From an uncultured Elusimicrobium sp. (GTDB taxonomy: Bacteria > Elusimicrobiota > Elusimicrobia > Elusimicrobiales > Elusimicrobiaceae): a stretch of DNA of 42,334 nucleotides. The notes below the pieces were generated by a model, which was not told where the DNA came from, searched no databases, and saw only the letters and a list, made by a program, of their open reading frames with translations. Position 1 is the first letter of the stretch. Each line of letters opens with the position of its first letter. Positions 10,310 through 18,246 of this stretch are shown here, piece after piece. The stretch lies in assembly GCA_902772695.1 (NCBI GenBank), contig CACYBL010000053.1:1-42334 (forward strand), given 5' to 3'. The translations under genes and the position numbers were made by a program.

Positions 10310-11318
10310 TATTGTGTGCGGCGGACAAGCCGGAGATGAAGGAAAAGGAAAAATCTCAGCGTATTTATCTTATACAGGGAATTATGAATATTGCGTGCGT
10401 GTGGGCGGCCCTAATGCCGGGCATACCGTGGTTCAAAATGGCGTTTCTTACACGCTAAAAAATATTCCGTCAGGGTTTCTTAATCCTAAAACGAAACTTG
10501 TGTTGGGGGCCGGTGCTTATACAAAAACAGAGTGGTTGCTGGATGAAGTAAAAAAGACATCTACGCAAGACAGATTGATTATTGATCCGTATGCTGTATT
10601 AATTACAGATGAACAAACGGCCGCGGAACGAGGGGCTTCGCATTTTATGAGCCATATCGGTAGTGTGGGCACCGGGTTGGGTCAGGCCGTCAAAGAGCGC
10701 ATTGAACGGCGGGATATAAAATTTGCCAAAGACGAACCTCTTCTCAAAGATTTTATTCAAGACGTTCCGGAATTATTGAATGCTTGTTTGGACAAAGGCG
10801 GAGATATTTTGTTGGAAGGTACACAAGGAATTAAATTATCTTTATTACACGGGGAATATCCATTTGTTACGTCACGTGACACGACAGCCAGTACTTTTTT
10901 GGGAGAAGCAGGTCTTGGCCCGAAGAGTGTGCGAGATGTGTATGTGGTATTTAAACCATACATCACACGGGTAGGCCCCGGCCCGCTGGAAAAAGAACTG
11001 ACCAACGAAAAAGAATTAGAAATTTATCATACGAAAGGACACGAAATCGGCAGCGTCAGCAAACGGTTGCGCCGAGTAGGTGAATTTGAAAAACGCGCTG
11101 CTTCGCGGGCAATAATGATTAACAACTGTACCAAAATTGCCATTACGCATATTGATATGTTTCCCGGTAATGATCGTGTTAAAAAAGAAGAAGATTTCAC
11201 GAAACCGGCCCAGGAGTTTTTGGCACAATTGCGTGCCTTGTCGGCTCAAGTATATCCGCATCCGAAAATCGCTCTTATTTCTACCGGGCCGGATATGGAA
11301 GATACACTCGTCTTGTAA
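10302..11318 (+). CDS. purA: Adenylosuccinate synthetase, short (archaeal-type length)
   Basis: GGQAGDEGKGK P-loop, GPNAGHT, EGTQG, YPFVTSRDT, TRVGPGP. 338 aa. Overlaps the purB stop. Confidence 0.93.
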   Translation: MIDIVCGGQAGDEGKGKISAYLSYTGNYEYCVRVGGPNAGHTVVQNGVSYTLKNIPSGFLNPKTKLVLGAGAYTKTEWLLDEVKKTSTQDRLIIDPYAVLITDEQTAAERGASHFMSHIGSVGTGLGQAVKERIERRDIKFAKDEPLLKDFIQDVPELLNACLDKGGDILLEGTQGIKLSLLHGEYPFVTSRDTTASTFLGEAGLGPKSVRDVYVVFKPYITRVGPGPLEKELTNEKELEIYHTKGHEIGSVSKRLRRVGEFEKRAASRAIMINNCTKIAITHIDMFPGNDRVKKEEDFTKPAQEFLAQLRALSAQVYPHPKIALISTGPDMEDTLVL

Positions 11319-11337
11319 CTTTATATAGAAGAAATTT

Positions 11338-11937
11338 ATGAAAGATATTATATTTGATTTGGGCGGAGTATTAATTGATTGGAATCCGCGGTATTTATAT
11401 AAAAAGATTTTTTCCACCGATACGGAAATGGAATGGTTTTTGACGCACGTATGTACCCCACAATGGAACACTCAGCAAGATGCGGGGCGTGGTTTTGAAG
11501 AAGGAATTGAAGTGCTCTCAAAGAAATATCCGGAGTATGCTTTTGCAATCAATTTCTATTTTACGCGCTGGAGTGAAATGTTGGGCGGGCCTATTGAAGG
11601 AACGGTAGAAATTTTGCGCGAGCTAAAGGGCAGACACCGTCATTTATATGCGTTAACCAATTGGTCTGTGCAAACTTTCCCCATTGCGCGAAATAAATAT
11701 GATTTTTTGCAGTGGTTTGACGGGATTGTAATGTCGGGTGAAGAAAAAATGGTCAAGCCAGATCCACGCATTTATTCACGTTTATTGGAACGTTATCGTT
11801 TGCGTGCTGAAAATTGTATTTTGATTGATGATAATTCGGCTAACATCTCTAAAGCGGCAGATTTAGGATTTGAGACGATTCTATTTACCGGAGCAGATGA
11901 TTTGCGACGAATACTGATGAGTCGGTCGGTTCTGTAA
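11338..11937 (+). CDS. HAD-family phosphatase (subfamily IA)
   Basis: FDLGGV motif I, LTN motif II, KP motif III, IDD-xxx-N motif IV. Confidence 0.9.
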   Translation: MKDIIFDLGGVLIDWNPRYLYKKIFSTDTEMEWFLTHVCTPQWNTQQDAGRGFEEGIEVLSKKYPEYAFAINFYFTRWSEMLGGPIEGTVEILRELKGRHRHLYALTNWSVQTFPIARNKYDFLQWFDGIVMSGEEKMVKPDPRIYSRLLERYRLRAENCILIDDNSANISKAADLGFETILFTGADDLRRILMSRSVL

Positions 11938-11948
11938 AAATTACAAAC

Positions 11949-11982
11949 AAAACAGGTTCCGCTTTTGCGGAACCTGTTTTTT
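11949..11982. terminator. Bidirectional intrinsic terminator
   Basis: AAAACAGGTTCCGC-TTTT-GCGGAACCTGTTTT between convergent genes. Confidence 0.88.
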
Positions 11983-11994
11983 GCTGCAAAAATA

Positions 11995-13290
11995 TTATTC
12001 GGCTTTGCTAATGAGGACTTCCATCATTTTATGCCGACGGAACTTGCGCGTTTCCAATAAAATACCGTTGGAGTGTATTTTTTCATTTTTGGTTGGTTCA
12101 TGTCCCAGTTTTTGATTTGTCCATTGTTCAACAGTAGTTGTGGATGTGATATCAGCCGGGAGCGGCAAATCTAACCGTTCAAAAATATCTGTCATTTTAG
12201 CCGGAGCACTTGCCACTAACGCTTGTCCAAATGGACGGATATACGCCGGGAAGAAATCGTATTCATCTTCAATTTCTCCTACCATTTCTTCAAAGATGTC
12301 TTCCAATGTTAAAATTCCGGTGATTGTCTTTCCTTCGGTTACCAAACAAATATGCTGTCTGTTTTTCATTAATTTTTCTAAGGCCGCTGAAATAATTGTA
12401 TCGGCTTCTAAACGCAATATGGGACGAACAATATTGCGAGCGGCTGTTGGCGCGCCTTGGGCAATTTTAGTGGACAGGAAGATGTCCTTAAAATTAAGAT
12501 ATCCCACAATATCTTGCGGATCTTCAGGATTGCCCCGAACCGGAAAGCGAGTGTGCATATCCAAGTGCGCTTTTACAAAAGTGTCGGCAATAGAATCGTT
12601 TGCATTTAACGTATACACCTGTTCAAGCGGTACTTGTATTTCTCGTATTTTACGTACGCAGAATTGTGCGCTGGAAAGCACAATTTTTTCTTCTGTTTTC
12701 CCAAATAAACGGGATGAAGAGGCAATGGCTGCTGCAGTGCGCAAATCTTCCAAGGCAGTGCGTTGCATCTCTTTTGGATCAGGCGTGCGTGAAAATTTTT
12801 TAGTTAAAAAACGTACGATAGCTTCCATGACGGTAACAATGGGAGATAATACCGCATATAGCAAACGCATACCTGCAGATAAATGCAAAACCACAAATTC
12901 TTTGTTTTTGATGGCGAAAGTTTTGGGAGTTAATTCAGCAAAAACGATAGTAATAAAACTCAACGGCAATACCACACATATCATAGCCAATGCATTGGCC
13001 GCATGACGTGATAAATATAAATGTTCACGCAACCAGGGTGCAAAGTGGCTGCCGGCATCTGACCCACCGAAAGCGGCTGCTACGGCACCCACCAGTGTAA
13101 TGCCTATTTGCACAACTGCCAAACTGCCTTCCATGTGATCTTTCATGTACAGGGCGGTTTCTGCTCCGGAACGTTTGCTTTGTACCAGTAAAGATAAACG
13201 CGTGCGAGAGATAGATGCAAGAGCCATCTCGTAAGCGGCAAGTAAAGCATTGGCGATTAACATCAATACAATAATGAGGATCGTAATCAT
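11995..13290 (-). CDS. Hemolysin/TlyC-like CNNM + CBS-pair protein (putative Mg2+/Co2+ transport)
   Basis: N-terminal TM region with EMAL, QIGIT and ELTPK; CBS motifs HTRFPV and GILTLEDIFEEMVGEIEDEYD. Confidence 0.9.
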   Translation of the reverse strand: MITILIIVLMLIANALLAAYEMALASISRTRLSLLVQSKRSGAETALYMKDHMEGSLAVVQIGITLVGAVAAAFGGSDAGSHFAPWLREHLYLSRHAANALAMICVVLPLSFITIVFAELTPKTFAIKNKEFVVLHLSAGMRLLYAVLSPIVTVMEAIVRFLTKKFSRTPDPKEMQRTALEDLRTAAAIASSSRLFGKTEEKIVLSSAQFCVRKIREIQVPLEQVYTLNANDSIADTFVKAHLDMHTRFPVRGNPEDPQDIVGYLNFKDIFLSTKIAQGAPTAARNIVRPILRLEADTIISAALEKLMKNRQHICLVTEGKTITGILTLEDIFEEMVGEIEDEYDFFPAYIRPFGQALVASAPAKMTDIFERLDLPLPADITSTTTVEQWTNQKLGHEPTKNEKIHSNGILLETRKFRRHKMMEVLISKAE

Positions 13291-14210
13291 AAGTTTATTT
13301 TCTCGTCAATAAAATAAGCCGGTCTGGCCTTTACTTCATTAAAAATACGGCTTAAATATTCTCCAATGATACCCAGTGTGATTAATTGTATTCCGCTAAA
13401 AAACAAAATCGCTACCATTAGAGAGGTGTATCCGCTTACGGGGTTCCCGAAAGCTATTTTTTTGTATGCCGTCCACAGCGCAAACAAGAAAGATGCAGCA
13501 GAGATACATAAACCGAAATATGTCCACAATTTAAGAGGTATTGTGGTGGAGGCAGTAAAACCGCCAAGGGCAAAATTCCATAATTTCCAATAATTCCATT
13601 TAGTGTGACCTGCGGTACGGTTCTCGCGGGTAAATGGTATGGCCGCGGCCTTATATCCCACCCAAGCAAAAAGCCCTTTTGTAAACCGTTCACGTTCGGG
13701 TAACGCCAAGACGGCATTCACGGCGCGGCGGCTCAAAAGCCGGTAATCTCCGGCATTATATGGAATGGGAGTCTCGGCCAAATGATTGTATAATTTGTAA
13801 AACACACCTGCGGTAATGCGCTTAAGGAACGAATCGCTGGAGCGATCTTTACGGACTCCATACACATTGTCAAATCCGGCTTTGAATTTTTCCCAAAAGA
13901 CGGCAATCAATTCCGGCGGATCTTGTAAATCGGCATCCATCAATACGACACCTTGCCCGGTACTGGCGGCTAATCCGGCTAACATGGCGGCTTCCTTACC
14001 GAATCGTCTGGAAAGAGATATCATTTTGACCCGTTTATCTTCCATCGCCCATGCCTTGATTAGAGAGGGAGTAGTATCGGTGGAACCGTCATTACTAAAA
14101 ATAATTTCATAATCGGAAGTACAAGTATTCAATACCGGGCACAACCGCGCACGTAATGCGGGTAGAGCAGCTTCTTCATTAAAAACAGGGATAATAACTG
14201 ATAACTCCAT
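13287..14210 (-). CDS. GT2 polyprenol-phosphate glycosyltransferase (GtrB/YkoT-like)
   Basis: IIPVFNEE, NDGSTD, FGKEAA, MDADLQDPP, two C-terminal TM helices, GEYLSRIF...RP. ATGA overlap with the downstream gene. Confidence 0.92.
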   Translation of the reverse strand: MELSVIIPVFNEEAALPALRARLCPVLNTCTSDYEIIFSNDGSTDTTPSLIKAWAMEDKRVKMISLSRRFGKEAAMLAGLAASTGQGVVLMDADLQDPPELIAVFWEKFKAGFDNVYGVRKDRSSDSFLKRITAGVFYKLYNHLAETPIPYNAGDYRLLSRRAVNAVLALPERERFTKGLFAWVGYKAAAIPFTRENRTAGHTKWNYWKLWNFALGGFTASTTIPLKLWTYFGLCISAASFLFALWTAYKKIAFGNPVSGYTSLMVAILFFSGIQLITLGIIGEYLSRIFNEVKARPAYFIDEKINL

Positions 14211-14284
14211 GCGATACTCCTTTATGCTTGTAGATAGTATAGCAATTTTTAATTAAACCGACGGTAAAACCTACGCATTTGTTT

Positions 14285-14314
14285 TTGACAAGATTGGCGA
14301 GAGAAACCTATACT
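14285..14314 (+). promoter_or_regulatory. Sigma70-type promoter for nadE
   Basis: TTGACA (14285-14290), 18-nt spacer, TATACT (14309-14314). Confidence 0.65.
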
Positions 14315-14420
14315 AAAAGGTGAAGTATTTTATAAAGCATATTTTGATATTACCGATGTTAGGTAGGCAAGCAGGCGGTTGAAATACTACAATATTAAAA
14401 AGACCTGATAAGAGGTGGGT

Positions 14421-16352
14421 ATGGATAAATATGGTTTTCTAAAAGTAGCAGCAGCTGTACCATGTGTAAAGGTGGCTGATCCAATGCAAAATGTAACAGT
14501 CATGGAGCCACTACTGCGGCAGGCTATTTCGGCAGGCGTTGAAATTGTGGTGTTCCCCGAGTTAGGATTAACGGGCTATACTTGTGGCGATTTGTTTTTC
14601 AAACCGGCGCTCGTGCAAACAGCCCAGACCGCTTTGAAAATTTTATTGAACCGATTTGAAAAGACCAATTTGGTTTTTGTGGTGGGGCTTCCTATTCGGG
14701 TCGGGAATGTGTTGCTCAATGCGGCGGCGGTGTGTTGCCGGGGGAAAATTTTGGGTATCGTCCCTAAAACGTATTTATCACTTTCAGGGGCCTGTTGTGA
14801 AACACGTTATTTTACATCTGCGTTGGATTGGTCGAGTGATACGCTATCGCTGTGCGGTCAACAAGTGCCTGTTGGAACGGACTTGATTTTTGAGGTCAAT
14901 GGTGCAAAAATAGGCGTAGAAATTGGGGATGATTTGTTGGCGGCAGTTCCTCCTTCCTCGTTGGCTTGTTTACAAGGAGCTGATGTTATTGTTAATTTGT
15001 CAGCCACCGCGGCCCTGGTTGGAAAATATCCGTATATGCGCACATTGGTGCAACAACAATCCGCCCGTGGATTATGTGGATACGTATATGCTTCATGTGG
15101 ATTCGGCGAATCTACAACAGATTGGGCGTTTGGTGCGGATGCCTTTATTTATGAGAATGGACAGTTGTTGGCAAGTACAGAACGATTTTCCACCAAGTCG
15201 CAGTTAATTTGTACGGAGATAGATGTGGAACGCTTGCGTAATCGGCGGTACATTCACGGTTCTTTCCGTGCAGATTGTTTGTGTGAAACAACGGGGCCGT
15301 ATTTGGTGGTGGAAAGTGGTCTGCTGCCTGTTAAAAAATCTTTTGCGCTTACGCGGCCAATAGATCCGCTGCCTTTTGTGCCGCAAGGCGAGCAACTGGC
15401 GCAAAACTGTCGGGAAGTTTTTAATATCCAGACTAACGGGTTGGCCACGCGGTTATTGGCGGCGCATACGCAAATAGTTGTTGTGGGGATTTCCGGTGGA
15501 TTGGACTCAACGCTGGCATTACTTGTTTGCGCACGTGTATTTGATAAATTGGGTTGGCCTCGTAAGAATATTATTGGAGTAACTATGCCCGGATTTGGCA
15601 CGACGGACCGAACGTATAGAAATGCGTTGGCTTTTATGAAAAAATTGGGGGTTACTCTGCGGGAAATAAGTATCAAACAGGCTTGCTTGCAACATTTCAA
15701 AGATATTGGACATAGTGTGCATCTTAAAGACGTAACTTATGAAAATACACAGGCGCGCGAACGAACGCAAATACTGATGGATATTGCCAATCAAAAAGGT
15801 GGATTGGTAGTCGGAACGGGTGATTTATCCGAATCGGCTCTCGGATGGGCAACTTATAATGGGGATCATATGTCTATGTATAATGTCAATGCGGGTGTCC
15901 CCAAGACGCTCGTGCGCTCTTTGGTTAAGTTCATTAGTGAGCAAGGAGATAACGTCTCCGTCAGACCTGTTTTGCAAGATGTATTAAATACTCCCATCAG
16001 CCCGGAACTTTTACCGGCAGATAAAAATGGAAAGATTGCTCAAAAAACCGAGAATCTAGTGGGACCGTATGAACTGCACGACTTTTTCTTATACTATTTC
16101 TTGCGTTGTGGGTTTGGCCCGGCCAAAATCTACCGCTTAGCCACGTTGGCTTTTAAGAAGGAATTTTCTCCGGCAATGATTAAAAAATGGCTTAAGGTGT
16201 TTTTCAGCCGTTTCTTTAGTCAGCAATTTAAGCGGTCTTGCTCACCGGATGGGCCCAAAGTGGGTACAGTGGGGCTTTCCCCGCGGGGCGATTGGTATAT
16301 GCCCAGTGACGCCAGTGTAGCTATTTGGAAAGAAGAGATAGAATCTTTGTAA
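14421..16352 (+). CDS. nadE: Two-domain (glutamine-type) NAD+ synthetase with degenerate glutaminase active site
   Basis: Nitrilase-like N-domain (FPEL, PKTYL) plus synthetase motifs GISGGLDST, ENTQARER, GTGDLSE, TYNGD, PISPEL, QQFKRSC. ATG 14421 follows GAGG; GTG 14415 is the alternative start. Confidence 0.93.
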   Translation: MDKYGFLKVAAAVPCVKVADPMQNVTVMEPLLRQAISAGVEIVVFPELGLTGYTCGDLFFKPALVQTAQTALKILLNRFEKTNLVFVVGLPIRVGNVLLNAAAVCCRGKILGIVPKTYLSLSGACCETRYFTSALDWSSDTLSLCGQQVPVGTDLIFEVNGAKIGVEIGDDLLAAVPPSSLACLQGADVIVNLSATAALVGKYPYMRTLVQQQSARGLCGYVYASCGFGESTTDWAFGADAFIYENGQLLASTERFSTKSQLICTEIDVERLRNRRYIHGSFRADCLCETTGPYLVVESGLLPVKKSFALTRPIDPLPFVPQGEQLAQNCREVFNIQTNGLATRLLAAHTQIVVVGISGGLDSTLALLVCARVFDKLGWPRKNIIGVTMPGFGTTDRTYRNALAFMKKLGVTLREISIKQACLQHFKDIGHSVHLKDVTYENTQARERTQILMDIANQKGGLVVGTGDLSESALGWATYNGDHMSMYNVNAGVPKTLVRSLVKFISEQGDNVSVRPVLQDVLNTPISPELLPADKNGKIAQKTENLVGPYELHDFFLYYFLRCGFGPAKIYRLATLAFKKEFSPAMIKKWLKVFFSRFFSQQFKRSCSPDGPKVGTVGLSPRGDWYMPSDASVAIWKEEIESL

Positions 16353-16371
16353 AAAATATAATTACAGATAA

Positions 16372-16403
16372 AATTACCCCGGGTTTCGTCGCTCGGGGTA
16401 ATT
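16372..16403. terminator. Hairpin/terminator between convergent nadE and deoB
   Basis: AATTACCCCGGG...CTCGGGGTAATT inverted repeat. Confidence 0.7.
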
Positions 16404-16408
16404 AGTTG

Positions 16409-17608
16409 TTATAAAAAACTTTTTCCTACATGAAGGGGCGGCAAATTAAAATATTCGGCGAGTGTTTGGCCTAAATCTGCATATGAATTTCTTCCTCCAA
16501 TAAATTGCGAGTTCACTTTTTTGCCAAACAGAATCACCGGTACATGTTCGCGGGTATGATCGGTTCCCTTGTAAGTAGGATCGCAGCCATGGTCAGCCGT
16601 GATAAAGGCGATATCATCTTCCTGCATTTGAGCTGCTAATTCCGCAAGCCGGGTATCAAAATATTCCAGGCCTTTAGCATAGCCCTCTACATCACGGCGA
16701 TGTCCCCAAGTCATATCAAAATCCACGAAATTCGTAAATACCAAACTGAAATCAGGTGCATTTTTAGCCTCTTGCAACGTGGCATTCCACAGTTCTTCTA
16801 AACCTGATGCTTTAACGGCTTTTGTAATACCGCGTCCGGCGAAAATATCATTAATTTTCCCGATCGAAATAACGTGTCCCCCGGCTTTTTTTATGGCATC
16901 CAATACCGTTGGTTTGGGTGGCGTGACAGAGTAATCGTGCCGATTTTTGGTGCGTTGAAATTCGCCGGGTTGTTCTCCTATGAAAGGCCGTGCAATAACG
17001 CGGGCAATGTTGTAGGGGGCCACATGTTTAAAAGCAATCTCACAGAGACGATACAATCTGTCTAATCCAAAATGAGTTTCATGGGCAGCAATTTGAAAGA
17101 CACTGTCTGCTGAGGTATAGCAGATGGGCTTCCCGGTTTGGATGTGGGTGATACCCAACTGTTCAATAATAGCTGTGCCGGAGGCGGCCTTATTACCCAA
17201 GATGCCGGGTAATTTAGCTTCTGTGCAAATTTTTTCTATCAGTTCCGGTGGGAAAGAAGGATAATCCGGTTTAAAGTATCCCCAATCAAAGGAAACCGGG
17301 CAACCTGCCATTTCCCAATGGCCCGAAGATGTGTCTTTACCATGGCTAATTTCGCGCATAAAACCATATTTGGCAGGCAAATCTATGTTGGCAGGACTTG
17401 ATATCTCGGGTTGGAGATCTTTACCGGTAGACATTTCAGCAGCACTAAGTAAACCAAGCGCAGCCAAATTAGGAATCTGTAAATGTCCACGGGCTTTGAT
17501 GATATGCCCCAGTGTATCGGCGCCTTGATCGCCAAATCGGTCAGCATCTTCTGCCCCTCCAATACCAAAGGAATCCATCATCAAAATAATAGCTCGTTTT
17601 GGGCTCAT
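16409..17608 (-). CDS. deoB: Phosphopentomutase
   Basis: [45 protein letters not shown]-xx-WGHRRD, [14 protein letters not shown]. Start moved to ATG 17608, which follows GGAGG. Confidence 0.96.
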   Translation of the reverse strand: MSPKRAIILMMDSFGIGGAEDADRFGDQGADTLGHIIKARGHLQIPNLAALGLLSAAEMSTGKDLQPEISSPANIDLPAKYGFMREISHGKDTSSGHWEMAGCPVSFDWGYFKPDYPSFPPELIEKICTEAKLPGILGNKAASGTAIIEQLGITHIQTGKPICYTSADSVFQIAAHETHFGLDRLYRLCEIAFKHVAPYNIARVIARPFIGEQPGEFQRTKNRHDYSVTPPKPTVLDAIKKAGGHVISIGKINDIFAGRGITKAVKASGLEELWNATLQEAKNAPDFSLVFTNFVDFDMTWGHRRDVEGYAKGLEYFDTRLAELAAQMQEDDIAFITADHGCDPTYKGTDHTREHVPVILFGKKVNSQFIGGRNSYADLGQTLAEYFNLPPLHVGKSFL

Positions 17609-17709
17609 AAATTTTTTCCTCCGTCTCTTTTCCATTATACTCTAAAACAAGGTGTGCGTCTAATACAAAATTAAGGGTAAAATGCTATGATGTATGCGGG
17701 GGGATGTTT

Positions 17710-18234
17710 ATGAAACAAGCATATAGCAACATGCGCCGCTTTTGGCTGGATATAAAAAATTTAGAAAACCGCAACGGAGTGATTGAAGTGGGGGCAGATA
17801 AAATTTCCGTAGCGGGGATAGAGATGGCGTTGGCAGATGGGAATACAACCAAACACCTTTTTCTAGCCACTAATTCGTTGGGGGATAGTAGTCTCTACTT
17901 TGAGAATAACAGTAAAAGCGGTTTGGGGGGAATGATTGGCGGTCATGGGCACGAAGATTTGCAGAACGCAGCTGCCCATATGTTAGCGCATGCCAGCAAA
18001 TTAACCGCACAGATGCATGTGTTGCCAATGGGATCCGATTTGCCGGCTCCATCTGGTGACGGATATGTTTGCTTTTTTGCAATTTCAAAAGAGAAATTGT
18101 TTCATATGGAACTCAAGGAAATGCAGGCGCGTAATCCGGAGAATCCTTTTTATCCATTTTTTGCTTATTCTCAGCAGACTTTGGGATTTTTCCGCGCGCA
18201 AGGGGAATCGTCTTCGGGTTCTGCGCGCGCTTAA
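17710..18234 (+). CDS. Conserved-looking hypothetical protein
   Basis: ORF fills the gap between deoB and the EAL gene. Contains GDSSLYF...GGMIGG-x-GHE. TGcTATGAT lies upstream. Start is ATG 17704 or 17710. Confidence 0.7.
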   Translation: MKQAYSNMRRFWLDIKNLENRNGVIEVGADKISVAGIEMALADGNTTKHLFLATNSLGDSSLYFENNSKSGLGGMIGGHGHEDLQNAAAHMLAHASKLTAQMHVLPMGSDLPAPSGDGYVCFFAISKEKLFHMELKEMQARNPENPFYPFFAYSQQTLGFFRAQGESSSGSARA

Positions 18235-18246
18235 AAGGAGGCTGTT

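Noticed and set aside
10302-11318. PurZ (2-aminoadenine/Z-base pathway)
   Set aside because: The catalytic Asp of GDEGKG is retained (Ser in PurZ), the Arg303-equivalent and the GTP-motif Asp (THID) appear kept, and the gene is coupled to purB with no phage context.
12140-13006. 288-aa plus-strand ORF
   Set aside because: Antisense shadow of the well-supported CNNM/CBS gene, with no recognisable motifs.
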